Assembly: GCF_009914755.1 (NCBI RefSeq)
Contig: NC_060937.1
Strand: one strand, 5' to 3'
Source: the human T2T-CHM13v2.0 reference genome, Homo sapiens
Length of the DNA stretch: 64,000 bases
This document shows positions 1-14,446 of this stretch, one piece after another. Each line of letters begins with the position of its first letter. The stretch's first letter is position 1. The position numbers and the translations under genes are program-made. The notes under the pieces are model-generated. The model saw only the letters and a list, made by a program, of their open reading frames with translations, did no database searches and was not told the origin of the DNA.

Positions 1-288
<288 letters not shown>

Positions 289-830
289 TATATATATATA
301 TATTTTAATTGAAGGGTTACCTTGCAGAGTGCTGTGGAAACTAGAATGAAAATAATTCTGAATTAGCACAATTAAAGAATGATACAACCGACAACCCACC
401 ATTGTAGACTCGAGTGGACAATCTTAGGTGTGTAGTTTCATGTTTGTTCCATGGTAAGAGAGATCATGCTAACAAAACAGTCCCGAGTACCCATGGATGA
501 GGCAAAGAAAAGGTCTCTAAAACAATGTCCTTCTGGTTTGAGTTAATCACACATGACATGAAATTTTGGAAGGGCTTACAGAAACCTTTCCTCTAAGAAA
601 GTCTCAAGTCTATAAAATTTTACTATGATGGGGTTTGATTCCTATAATCAAAGAAAGGCAGAAGAAAATAACTCCAACTGCTGAGAAAGCTGCTCCAGGG
701 TGGCGCAGGCTGGCGTAGGATTCCAAGGGTACGTCCATTGTTCCCTGCTGCCCCATGCTCTCAGCCAGGCTACTTGCCAGCTTTAGAAGGGATCGTTTCT
801 TCTTGAGTCCAGAGAACAAGGCTCTGGAGG

Positions 831-1271
831 TGTGTTAGTTGTCTAGGGCCGCTGCCACAAAGTTCCAAAAAACTGGGTGGCTGAAAACAGAAATGTATTG
901 TCTCATATTTCTGGGGGCTGGAAGTCTGAGATCAAGATGTCAGCAAGGCAAGCTCCTTCTGGAGGTTCTGAGGGGGGTCTACTCCATGGGACTTTTCCAG
1001 CTGCTTGTGATGCCAGCAATCCTGGGTGTTCCTTGTGGACCACATCACTCTGGTCTGTGGCTTCATCATCACACAGTGCTCTCTCTGTGTGTCTGTGTCT
1101 GTGTCTCTTCTCTTTTTATGAGGACAACAGTCATATTGAGTCCACCCTAATGACCTCATCTTAACCTGATTGCATCTACAAAGACCCTATTTCCAATCAA
1201 GTTACATTCACAGGGACTGAGGCGTAGGGCTTCCACGTACCTATTTGAGGGACAGAATTCCACTCATATCA
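831..1271 (-). mobile_element. MaLR LTR (MLT1-type)
   Basis: Contains aactgggtggctgaaaacagaaatgtattgtctca...ggaagtctgagatcaag...accctaatgacctcatcttaac, typical of MLT1 in reverse orientation. Confidence 0.85.
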
Positions 1272-1312
1272 GGAGAACATCAATTCTAACAGGTACTTCT
1301 GTTTTGAACTGA

Positions 1313-1654
<342 letters not shown>

Positions 1655-1820
1655 TGACTTCTAGATTCCTAGGCTGTTGTTTTTATGTTGATAATTGATA
1701 TTCCCAAATTCTGAGCCTCTGTTGTGACTTCTTGGCTTAAACCTTGATCTAAACTGTTCTGTCTTAGCCATTTCATTTCTTCAAACCAATTTTATTGCTG
1801 TTTATGTCTTAGTGTGACAG

Positions 1821-1880
1821 AGAATTTATTATAAAAAGTCTAACATTTATTATAAAAGTAAGAATTTATTATAAAAGTAA
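1821..1880. repeat. Three tandem ~20-bp AT-rich copies
   Basis: atttattataaaa(a)gt occurs three times with a ~20 bp period. Confidence 0.75.
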
Positions 1881-2554
1881 GTAGCTATTTCAGAAATAGC
1901 AGATCAAATGCTCTATAAGCTGATCTTTTGAGATTTACATCATGGAAAGTTATGGGCAATAATAAACTGACCTCAAAAGAGTCATCTCTGACCAAAAGAT
2001 TGAAAGAATGGCTTCAAGTGGAGTTAGGTAGCATCAACAGATTTGAGTGAAATGCAGAGTTTTTCAACTCTCAGCCACTAATGATTTATAGGTTCTTCAG
2101 GGTACGGTCCTCTCGCTCCTGGGCAGCTGTTCCCTGGAGCATCAGGAATCCTTGATATCTGATATTTCCAGCTGCTTTTGCTTCCTACCTATTGACTTCA
2201 GCGTGTTGTACAAATATCATTCTCTATGCATACCACAATGGCAAAAGGTTGGGTAGCACTGTAGCAAATGGTGTTAACATATCTAACAAAATTAAGAATC
2301 AGCCAGCAACCAGGTGGTCTATCTGGAAACAGAGTATGAGGCGTTTGAGGAAAAGGTTGGTGATCCACCTTCACTTCCTTACCCGTCATTGATTCCCTAT
2401 CCTCTGCAACCCAGCTCTGTATCATCGAAGGCCCTGAGCTTGCTCTTATTGCCTTCACTAACCACCTCCTTATTGTTAATATGATCAGTTTTAAATAAAA
2501 GAAATTAATTGTGGTAAAAAACATACAACATAAATTTTGCCATCTTGATCATTT

Positions 2555-2862
2555 TTGTCGTTGTTGTTGTTATTTGAGACAGGGTCTCACTCTTGCCCAG
2601 GCCGAAATGTAATGGCATGATCACAGCTCACTGAAGCCTTGATCTCTTGGGCTCAAGCAATCCTTTCACCTTGGCCACCTACGTAGCTGTGACTACAGGC
2701 ATGCGCCACCATGTCCGGCTAGGCTAATTTTTTGTATTTTTAGTAGAGACAGGGTGTTGCCACGTTGCGCAGGCTGATCTCAAATTCCTGGGCTCAAACA
2801 ATGTGCTTACCTCGGCCTCCTAAAGTTTTGGGATTACAGGCGTGAGCCACCACGCCTAGCCC
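2555..2862 (-). mobile_element. Alu (AluJ-like) inserted in L1M
   Basis: Alu body flanked by a degenerate TSD, catcttgatcatttt / catcttaaccatttt. Confidence 0.92.
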
Positions 2863-4450
2863 CATCTTAACCATTTTAAGTGTACAGTTCAGCAGTGTTA
2901 AACATACTCACATTGTTGTACAACAGATCTCCAGAACTTTTTCATCTTTCAAAGTGGAAACTCTGTACCCATTGAACAACAATGGGTTTACTCCCCTCCC
3001 TAGCCCCTGGCAACTCTCATTCTGTCTTCTGTTTCTCTGAATTTGACTACTTTAGATAAACTCACATAAGAGAAACCATACAGAATTTGTCTTTTTGTGA
3101 CTGGCTTATTTCACTTAGCATGATGTCCTCAAGGTTCATCCATGTGTAGCATGTGTCAGAGTTTTATTCATGTTTAAGGCTGAATGATATTTCCTTGCGT
3201 GTAGATACCACATTTTGTTTATCTATTCATCCACTGGTGGACACTAGGGTTGCTTCCACCTTCTGTTATTGTGAAAAATACTGCAATGAACATGAGTGTG
3301 CAAATATGTCTTTGAGATTCTATTTTCATTTCTTTTGGATATACATATCCAGAAGTATATTTTATCATATGATCATGCTACTTTTAATTTTTTGAGGAAC
3401 TGCCATACTGTTTTCCGCAGCAGCAGCACCATTTTACATTCTCATCAACAAAGTACAAATGTTGCAATTTTTTCACATTCTTGCCAAACTGTTTTTTTTT
3501 TTGATAGTGGCCATTCTAATAGGTATAAAGTGGTATCTCATTGTGGTTTCTATTTGCATTTCTCTAATGATTAGTGATGTTGAACATCTTTTCATCTACT
3601 TGGCCATTTGTATACCTTTTTTAGATAAATGTCAGCTTAAGTATTTTGCCTATTTTTAAAACAGATTATTTGTATTTTTCTTGTTGACTATAGGAGCTCT
3701 TTCATATTCTCAATATTAACTCCTCATCAGACACACGATTTGCAAATATTTTCTACAATCCCATAGGTTGGCTTTTCACTCTATTGATTGTTTCCTTTGA
3801 CGTGCAAGTGTTTTTAAGTTTAATGCAGTCTCCTATTTTTGCTTTTGCTGTCTGTGCCATATCCAATAAATCATTGACAATTCCAATGTCATGAAGCTTT
3901 TGCCTTGTTTTCTTCTAGGAGCTTTATGGTTTTAGGTCTTTTGTTAAGGTCCTTAATCCATTTTGAGCTAATTTTTATATATGATATAAGGTAAGGGCCA
4001 AACTTCATTCTTTTGTGTGTGGTATCCAATTTTTCAACATCATTTGTTGAAGAGACTGTCCTTTCCCCATAGTGTGGTCTTGACACCACTGTTGAAGATC
4101 ATGTGACTATATATGTGAGGGTTTACTTGTGGCCTCTCTATTCTGTTCCACTGGTCTATATGTGTGCCTTTATGCCAGTATCACACTGTTTTGATTATTT
4201 TATCTTTGTAATATGTTTTGAAATCAGGAAGTATGACATCTTCAAGTTTGTTCTTTTTCAGAATTGTTTTGGCTATTTGGTATCCCTTAAGATTTCGTAT
4301 GAATTTTAAGATTTCTTTTCTATATCTGCAAAAAGCGTCATTGGAATTTTACGAAAGATTGCATTGAATCTGTAGATTGCTTTGGATGGTATGAACATTT
4401 TAACAATATTAAGCCTTCCAGTTCTTCAACACAGAATGTCTTTTCACTTG

Positions 4451-4980
4451 CAGATGTTCCTCAACTTACAATAGGGTTTATAAATTCATTATAAGTTGAA
4501 AATACTGTAAAAGTGCATTTTTTAACTTATGATATTTTCAAGTTACTATGAGTGTTTCTGGATATAATTCCATCATAAGTTGAGGAGCATACTGAGCGTG
4601 TATCTGTTTTGCACCATCATAAAATCAGAAAATTGTAAGTTGCCAGGTTAGGTGGTTCACGCCTGTAATCCCAGCACTTTGGGAGGCTGAGGCAGGTGAG
4701 TCACTTGAGGTCAGGAGTTCGAGACCAGCCCTGGCCAACATGGTGAAACCCTGTCTCTACTGAAAATACAAAAATTAGTTGGATTTGGTGGTGCATGCCT
4801 GTAATCCCAGCTACTTGGTAGACTGAGGCAGGAGAATCACTTGAACCTGGGAGGCAGAGGTTGCAGTGAGCCAAAGATCATGCTACTGCACTCCAGCCTA
4901 AGGAAAAGGTTGAGACTCTGTCAAAAAAAAACAAAAACAAAAACTGTTAAGTCGAATCATCGTAAGTCAGAATTCATCTT
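4451..4980. mobile_element. TcMar-Tigger DNA transposon relic (MER47-like), interrupted by an Alu
   Basis: Starts cagatgttcctcaacttacaatagggtt and ends gtcgaatcatcgtaagtc...catct followed by TA. Confidence 0.75.
4641..4943 (+). mobile_element. Alu (AluS-like)
   Basis: cacgcctgtaatcccagcactttgggagg...gagactctgtc plus an A-rich tail; TSD-like aaaattgtaag / aaaactgttaag. Confidence 0.95.
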
Positions 4981-5119
4981 TATTTGTGGCTTAAGTTCTT
5001 TCCTCAGTATTTTATAGTTTTCAGGGTATGTGTCTTTGCCTCCTTGGCTAAGTTTATTCCAAGTATTTTATTCTTTTTGGTGCTACTGTAAATGGGATTG
5101 CTTTCCATGGTGACTATTT

Positions 5120-6310
5120 TTTTGACCTCTCTGAAGTCTTTGAGATCGTTGAACAAGGATCTCTCTTGAAACTCTTTCACCTTTTGATCTTGGTGACAAA
5201 CACATTCTAGGCTTTCCTCTTACCTCTTGTGCTGTGACTTCTCATACACATTTTGGCTCCTCCTCACTGGTTCATACCATTTATTTATTACCCCTTAGGG
5301 AACCATCCTTCCCTTGGTAAGTTCCTGCTCTCTAAAGGCTTAAATTACCATCTGCATGTTGATTTTGCTCTTTTTCAGTATCTATTTCAGCCTAGATATT
5401 CCACCTAAGCTTTAAACTTTGTATCTCTCCATAGACATTGTCTCATAGATATTTCCCAGGCATCTCAGGGAAAATATGACCAAACTTCTTCCCCCGAAAA
5501 AAAACCCAAATAAACAAAACTCTCATTTCTTCTTTCTCTTGTATTTCTTCTGCATCAGCGCACTTAAAGAAATCTAGAAATCTGGGTGACATCCCTGTGT
5601 CCTGGTTTTTCTCACTTCCTACATCCAATTTGTCACTAAATCCTCTTCTCTGTACTCCACCGCTTTCGATATTCTCTCATTCCTATTTCCTTTGGTTCAG
5701 GCTGCCATCACCACTTGCCTCAAGAACGGATTCTTCCATCTCCAGTCTGGGTGCCCTCCAGTGCATTTCACACTGACACCAAAATGTAGGTATGATTATG
5801 ACACCCTGTGGCATCAATACCATCAGAATAATATCAAAATGCTTAGTGCTGCTCAAGCATTTCCTGTGCTGGTATCTCCTTATTTTTCCAGTTAACAATT
5901 TTCTCTCTTGCTCTACACATTAGCCACAGCAAACTCTTAGTGTCGAGAAAGCCACTCTGTTTTTTTCCCACCTAAAAAAGACTCTGCAGTTCCCTTGGTC
6001 TTCACTACCCTCCTTCATGCCATCTTCCTCCAACCCTCTTCACCTGGATTAGCACTACTCAACCTCCAGATTTCAGTCTGCACCTGCTTGTGAGAAAACG
6101 TCCCTGATTTCACAGTCTGCTTTAGATGTTTTCTGTGTGCTTCCGAAACATTATCCTTATAATCATCACCACTGAACCCAAACTGCCTGTTTACTTGTCT
6201 TTTTCTCCCACTGGCTCAGGAGTTATTTTTGAGGGTAGAAACAGTGTCCTGACCATCACATGTCCCTAGCCCCAACACAATATCTATAGCATAGTAGATG
6301 AGTGTCCAGA
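5120..6310 (+). mobile_element. L2 fragments
   Basis: Degenerate L2 3' motifs (cttgaaactctttc..., ttaaattaccatctgcatg, tgtttacttgtc...ctccccactgg, atagtagatg). Confidence 0.65.
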
Positions 6311-6429
6311 CCCCAGTTTCACAGAATGAGTAGATTTAGTTTCTAGGTCACTAATATCTCAACTGTAAAAGAGATAACTCAGTTGATCTCAGCCTATCTT
6401 AGCCTATGCCATTATGTATTTTTAAAAAT

Positions 6430-6566
6430 ATTTTTATTTATTTTTAGATTTTACTTTAAATACTGGGATACATGTGCAGAATGTGCAGGTTTGTTACACA
6501 GGCTTACATGTGCCATGGTGGTTTGCTGCATCTATCAAACCATCATCTATGTATTTAAATCACACA
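6430..6566 (-). mobile_element. Short L1PA 3' end fragment
   Basis: tactttaaatactgggatacatgtgcagaatgtgcaggtttgttacac...ggtggtttgctgca. Confidence 0.85.
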
Positions 6567-6749
6567 ACCTTTCTCGCCTCCCTCTCCATCCTGATTCCTG
6601 GCTCACTAAGCTATAGTCTGATTATAATTTGGCTTCTTCTTTGAATACCCACAGGGAGAAAATATGCTGATCTAAAAAATGGATAAGCATCTCATCCAAT
6701 CCACACCTAGATATGCTTTTCATTATAAATGAAGGAGCTGGTTCTCTGC

Positions 6750-6955
6750 AGGCAGCATGGCCTTTTTCAGCAAGGACATTGGTTTAGGGTCAGACAGCCT
6801 TTGTGGCTCTGACCCAGGCACATATGAATTGTGTGGACTTGGGTGAGAAATTCACTCCCCTGAATGTTAGTTGCCACGTCTTTAATATTTAGGATTAAAT
6901 GTGATAATTTAATATAAAGTAGCCTACACAAGGTAGTTCTCAATAGATAGCATTT
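6750..6955 (+). mobile_element. MIR
   Basis: gggtcagacag...tgtgtggacttgggtgag...ccctgaat...taggattaaatgtgataat. Confidence 0.6.
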
Positions 6956-7184
6956 GCTCCTGCAGCAGTTATATCAGTCTTTTAAAATTACATTAGTTTG
7001 AGTTCATTCATGAGAGACTGACAAAATGCTGAGAAGATTGAAGATTCAACTAACATCAGGAGATGCAACCAGTGCTCAGCCGAATGGCATCTTCCAGCAG
7101 TATCCCTGCCACCTTGCTACCGCCCTCAATCTGGAATGAACTCAATATAGGCGACAAAATGGACATGCAAATGAGAGCTTCAGG

Positions 7185-7629
7185 TGTGTTAGGCAAGATT
7201 CTCCAGAGAAACAGGACCAATAAAATATACATCAGTATTTATTTTAAGGTATTGGCTCATGTAATTATGGAGGCTGATGATAAGTCCCACTATCTGCTCT
7301 CTTCAAGCTGGAGACCTTTGGAAGCCAGGGCAACATTTTGAAGGCCTAAGAACCAGGATTCCTCAGGGCAGGAGAAGGTTGTTTACATGGTGCAGGCAAT
7401 GAGACAGACAGCAAATTCAGCTTTCCTCCACCTTTTTGTTCTATCTGGGACCTCAAAGCTTTGGAAGTGGTTTAACGACATTGGGGAAGGAGGTCTGCTT
7501 TACTCAGGCTACCAATTCAAATGCAAATCTTTCCAGAACCACCCGACAGATGCACCCAGAAACAATGTTTTACCAGCTATCTGGGCATCCCTTAGCCCAG
7601 TCAAGTTGACACATAAAATCAACTATCAT
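7185..7629 (-). mobile_element. ERVL LTR (MLT2-type)
   Basis: gattctccagagaaacaggaccaata...ttggctcatgtaattatggaggctg...cagtcaagttgacacataaaatcaactatca. Confidence 0.85.
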
Positions 7630-8259
7630 GCAGCTTAAGGCTAAAGAAAAACATTCACCTAGAGCTCATACTTTAACAAAAGAGAATATAAGATATTTAT
7701 GGTTTTTGTTTAAAAAAGTCACAGTCAATAAGAAAGGAAAGCTTCTTAATATATAATATCTATCCAACACTATGCAGTGGACTCTAGCAAAGACCAAACA
7801 TCATTAAATTGGAACCAGGATTCAAGTGAGACTGGATACAGGGCTGGGTAAACAGTTTTCAATTTCACAGCTCTGAATTTAATCTAAACAGACTACCTAT
7901 ACTTCCCTTTTCGATGATTCCTCCCCTCAGGCTTTTCTGTGGGTTTTTTCTTCCCTCAAAGCTTAATGAATTTTATACCACTTAAAAGAAAACCCTTTAT
8001 ATCTGTCTTTCACCAAATTTGCAAAAATCATTAAAGCTGCAAGAATTCTCTTCATATTCAAACCTTGCAAAACTCTGTGTACATTCCCCAGTGTCATTCC
8101 TGCATCACTTGAGCTTCACAGTCATCAACTCTTCCGTTCAGAGAAGTTTTAGGTCAAGGGTTTTGTTGTAGCCTCTATACCAACTGATTTATCAGGAATC
8201 TCCTCAGCTCACCACAATCTCATTTTTAGCCAATTTTTAAATGTCATGCAGAAACAATG

Positions 8260-8532
8260 TTTTATATATATGTGTGTATAAATACTAAATATAAAAAATA
8301 TAATTTTTATATACTGTTACATATATTACACACATTATGTATAATTTATGTCATGTATTACATATATTTATAAATATAATCTTTATATTTAATATATACA
8401 TATACGTATAGATATTACATATATGTAATACAAAATTATAATATATTTTTGTATTTAATGTATGACATATACATATATGTTACATATATTACATATATGT
8501 AATAATAGATATACACACACACACATATATAT
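8260..8532. repeat. AT-rich/(TA)n low-complexity tract
   Basis: Degenerate TA/TACA repeats, e.g. atattacatatatgtaata twice. Confidence 0.8.
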
Positions 8533-9622
8533 TTTTTTCCGAGGTCTCTGTATTGGCTTTTGGGGATGCTGAAAAGAGAAATATGGTTTCTACGTACTTC
8601 AATATGGGGGTCATGTAAATGATGGCAGCTATGAAAAGATTACGCTGCCCTATTGCTATTAGCAATCAGCTGTGTCATATATATAACACACAGGGAAGGC
8701 AATAGAGGAATTTCATATGGTTATATGATTGAGGTGAGTTTTTGGAACATGATTGTGGGAAGTGACAAAGGAAAAGCCATAGAGGTGACCATCACGGCAC
8801 ACACTGGTGATGTCTTGGAGAGGCGGTGATGGGAATAAACACACCAGAGCCTCTCAAAATTTCTGTGCAAAAAGTCCTTTTACTTTCTCCTCTGGATTCT
8901 AAAACCCAAACTTCTTTCCTGCCAAAATGCCTCGATTAAGCAATAAGAAATTCATTGTAGCTTTAAACAAATTTGCTTAAAGGAAACTATATATGAAAAC
9001 ACTTCAGAACTATAGTATTAAGGAAACAGTGCTGCCACTTAGAATTTTCAGGTTTCCAGCTAAAAGTATTAAACTTGACATTTTATTTAGCAGGTGCGGG
9101 CTTATATTAAGTGAATGCACAATTCTCTTCCAGCTTCCTGAAGTATTAAAAATGACACCATAGCTTCTCATGAGGACGCCTAGAGCTCAGCAGTCCTTGG
9201 CTAGAAACCACCTCTGATGCACACGGAGGTTGCATAGAAAAATAATGGGAAAAGACATACAGCGCCATGCTTCTCTTCCAGGAGAACACGGGCCCACCGA
9301 CAATCCATCATGCAGCCCATGCCTGCCCTCAGGGAGCTTCTGAGGGGAACGCCCTGGTGGGCTTTGACTTTTGGCCACTGACTTGCTCACATTCCTAACT
9401 CTGGATTTGGCCACATTCCTGCACCTTTATCCCTGAGTTATAGTCATACTCTTTATTTCATATCTGGTGTTTTCCTACTTCACTTCTTCCTTCTTTTCCA
9501 TTATAATTTCTTCACTAGTACCTTTTCACTTTCTACCACCATCTCACACCCTTAGCTTAAGGGCGGCCTCTCCTCTCCCCTGTATGAGGGCTGCTTCCTC
9601 TTCCTCTGTTGAGCCCTACTGA

Positions 9623-9952
<330 letters not shown>

Positions 9953-10449
9953 AACACCCCCATTTTAGAGCGAACAGGCCCTGGTTTTTATTACTCTTGA
10001 AAAAAATCTATGAACCAACTTTTACATATTAACACAGTTAAAAACATATCGATAATAAAAGACATTAAAGTCACTAAAATGCTGCTATGCTGCAAGCCTG
10101 TTATGTAGGCGTCTGAGGAGGATCATCACTCCAAGAAGATCATTGCAAAGTGGCACCTTGAGTGGCGTTTGCCATCGCGCAGCAAGACTGTAACTCCAGT
10201 GGCTCTGATTAGATCCTCTGAGTTTTGAGAGGAAACAAAGAACTAATGTGAATAGTTTTAACGATTGGGTTGCTGCATTCACCGCTATTCTCAGAAACTG
10301 TCCTTCATTCTAACAGTTACTTGAATATGAGGATGCCTTTGTTATCTACAACATCATTATTTATAAACAAATAATTCATAGTCCTATGAGTGCCCTCCCC
10401 AGTATGCATGACTCATGTTTGGCCTTTATATAGCTTTAGTTTGAATCAA

Positions 10450-10690
10450 TACAGTTTAGAGGTTAAGAGTGTGGGCTTTCGGTCCAAATTGCCTAGGTTC
10501 AAATTCTAGCTCCGACATTTGTTGGCTGTGTAACCTTGAGCAAGTTACTTAACCTCTCTATGTCTTAGTTTCCTCATCTGTAAGATGGACATAATAATAA
10601 CACCTGCATTGAATGGGTCGTTTTGAAAAATAAGTGAAAACATAAAACACTTGATACTGAGCAAGAATTCAACCAATGTCACCATAGCTA
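10450..10690 (+). mobile_element. MIR
   Basis: MIR core: ggttcaaattctagctcc...tgtgtaaccttgagcaagttacttaacctctctatgtcttagtttcctcatctgtaagatgg. Confidence 0.85.
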
Positions 10691-13229
10691 TGAGAATCTA
10701 CATACAAGCAGATGTGGTAAAAGAAGCAAAAAGTTTGAACGGAGCAAAGATGGAATTTGGAATGCATAGCGCTTTCTGAAACTTGAAACATTAAGAAAAT
10801 CAAATACTTTTTTTGAACATTTCCTCCACTCTACTCTCTATCTGGGAGTAGTAAAAATAGAGTACATAAGTTTAAATCTTAAGGACTGGATTTGTACATG
10901 GACAATTGAAACAAATATTTAGGGTACCAATTTCATTGTTTTTTAAAAGAATCTGTAAAAGACAGTCTAAAGTTTCAGGTATCCACATGACCACATGTGT
11001 ATATGAAAGTGAATGCATGAGAATGTGTGTGTTTTTAAAAATATGCAAATGAGCCCTACCTTAAAGGCCAAGATCACTGAAAATAAGAAAAATCAGGGGC
11101 ATAAAAAATGACACCGTTGTTAAAAACTACTGAAAACAAAACATAATCATACAAAAATGAGAGAAAGTTAACCAGGAACACTTTAACTTAGTTTAATAAT
11201 ATTTGCTATAATGAATTTCAGGTTCAACGAGTTTCAAGTATGAAATTAATAGAAGAATTTAATAGATACATAGTTTCAGTCCAACCATGAATAAAGAATA
11301 GTGTAAAAAGTACTAACAAAAATGGAATTGCTGCGTTATGATTGGAGTTTTCAATGCCCAAATACCCAGAGTATATGGTCCAAATTGTAGGCTAGTGCAA
11401 TTGGATAACCAGTTCTGATATACAGAATTTCCAGAAACACAAAGCTTCACTAATATCTAGCAAGTGATTAAAAGCCATTTTATAAATAATGACATTTACC
11501 CAAAGTGAAGGGCCATATAGTTTATTAAAACTTTATAGCCCAGGAAGAATGTCAATGCCAATTAAAGTCCTGACTTTTTATTGTTGCTTCTTCACTTTGG
11601 GTCAGATATGAAATGCCTATTGTGACCACTAGATATAAAGATGACAAAAAATTTAAGTAGGCTATGCATATACGTGTATATATAAATAAGTTAAAATGTT
11701 GAAAAAAATGAACACTGCAAAGTATCCTTAGGTTTGAATTCACAATCCTGAAAAAATTGCTACATACAAGTTTATTTTGTTGCTTTCCAGCAGAAAAATT
11801 ATTTTACAAATGAGGGCTGGAATTATATGGTTATTTAAAAGCATATGGAACCTGGCGGTAGCACTAGCTAAAAAAAATTGGATATTTTAAATTTTATCTA
11901 TAGAATACACATTGTAACATACTGTCTCAGAGGATAGTACATATCTGTGCATAATAACCATGGCATGAAGGAAAAGTGACAGCTCAATACCAGATTTGTA
12001 AAGCATGGACTAAAGTGGTTCTACAGCAGCAGATTTTTATTGATCATGTCTAATTATATGGCTGGTCACTTTCAATCTTGAATTCACCTATTAGATATTT
12101 TTTTCTGCAACTAGAAGCCACACAAAGTATTTTCATTGATGGCATAAAGGAATGTCCCAACTCTCATTTGAAGAATCTATCACTGCTGCCACAGAGTGAA
12201 AAGACGGGGAAGAAATCATCTCTAGCAGAGCCGGGAAGATGCCCATTTGCCTGGGTAGCTGTAGGATGGTAAAGAACTCAAAACCTTTCTTGGTATGCTC
12301 CAAGTAGGAATCTTCATAACAATTTTTTTTTGTTTGTTTGTTCTGTTTTTTTTTTTCCTTGTTGATACCCTCTGTTAAAAGCATAGGCTTTAAAGGTAAG
12401 AGTAATAAAATGAAATGCCTAACCTGATCATGAGATAGATTAAAAAAAATTAAAAAATTTAAATAGGTTATACTTTTTGCTTTGTTAAAAATAGAGAGCT
12501 TTGGGAAATTCTGAATATGGAGGGCCTGCTTATAATTCCAAATGGAAAGTTTCAGAGCCATGGTTCTGTTAACATTATAACAGGTGTGGTTCTGTCAACA
12601 TTATAACATTCTAACAGTTGGGTAGAGTTTGGTAGTTAACATCTCAACTATTCTCTCAGTTTTGGGGAGGGTGATACAAGAACGTTCCACCCATTGTCCC
12701 ACTCTCTTGCGAGCTCTTCTTCTCAAAGGGTCTGTACTCTTTGATAGAGCCAAATATTCAAGCCAAATATCCTCCATGCAACAGAAGCTATAGGAATGAT
12801 TGACGATAGCTGTAATCCTCCTGCCATTAAGAACACAGCATTCACCTATTTCTAGTTTCATTCTCTGGGGTATAACTTTCACCATGATGACATCCCGTCT
12901 GTTTTCATACATAACTGGGTCCACATTTGATCATTTATTCTGTTTCTTATACTCACTATGGGCACCCAGACTAAATTGTCCTTTAGTGTCTAGAGACCAG
13001 GCAGGTTGATTGTAGTATTTTTATGATGATGATAAAGACTATTACATATAATTATGCAAAATCTGGCCTTGAGGCATCTCATTTCCAAACAACCTTCATT
13101 TAATGGCAGAAGGAGAACAGTCTCCAAATCCAATTAACTATACTCTGCCCATTTTACTTTTATTCAAAAATAATAAAACTATTCCTAGGATATTTATAGA
13201 GTAATAGAAAGTTTCCCTTGTTAATATTA

Positions 13230-13460
<231 letters not shown>

Positions 13461-13925
13461 CTATAAAATGGTGAAATAACAATGAAAAAACCCACATGCC
13501 ATAAGTATCAAAATATTATATGTATAATATAGCTACCTAAAATATATTGAGTATATAATTCATTAAATGCAAAATAAACATGCAGTGATGAATCATTGCA
13601 TAGGCATTTCAAGGTATTTATCACAAATACATGAAATAAAATGCATACGTTCATTGAAATAATATGTTAACTTGCTTTATGAAACCAACTTACTTAAAAA
13701 GGAAATTAAGAAAAAGGTTTTTTTGAACTCAACAATCCCACTTGTGTGATAATATTCTAAAAAAGTGATCTGAACTATTGATGAAAAGCTTAATATACAC
13801 AGGTGCTTATTAGAGGGTTGTTTGTAATAAGGAAATATTAGAAATAACATCCAACTTTGCATGAATAGTCAATACAGTTATAGAGATTTATGTGATAAGA
13901 TACATGCAGCCATTACAAATTCCCA

Positions 13926-14446
13926 TGTGGTAGCTACTCTTCAAGATGGCCTCCAGCGTTGTTCTAGACTCCTGGTTCATGCCTTTGTGTAGTTCCCTTC
14001 CACACTGAATATGTCTGGCCTGTGTCATCAGCAGGTTGCAGAAATAATTGTGTGTGACTTATGAGGCTAGGCAATAAAATACACTGTGTCTTTACCCTTG
14101 GTCTCTCCTAGATCACCTGCTCTGTGGAAGCAGGTGCTATGTTGTGAGGATGCTCAAGCAGCCCTCTGGAGAGGTCCATGTGGTGAGGAACTGAGGCCTC
14201 CTGCCAACAGCCACTGGAGTGACCCATCTTGGAAAGAGGCACTCCAGCCCTAGTAAAACTTCAAGGTGACTGCAGCTGTAGACAACATCTCAACTGCAAC
14301 CTCATGACACTTTGAACTAGAAACACTCAGCTAAGCCTGTCTCAGATTCCCAACCTTGAGAAACTAATTGAGATAATAAACATCTATTTCCTGGTAGGCT
14401 TCTAATGTGTGGGTAATTTATTACACAGCAACAGATACCTAATACA
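13926..14446 (+). mobile_element. MaLR LTR (MLT1F-like)
   Basis: tgtggtag...aagatggcctcc...gaggaactgaggcctcctgccaacagcc...gtaatttattacacagcaacagatacctaataca. Confidence 0.85.

Larger units (their letters stand above)
2495..5105 (-). mobile_element. L1M (L1MB-like) 3' region, interrupted by an Alu and a MER47-like element
   Basis: L1MB-type 3' end (aattgtggtaaaa...catcttaaccattttaagtgtacagttcag). Reverse-strand ORF2 relics are visible in the ORF track (3889-4089, [23 protein letters not shown]). Confidence 0.85.
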
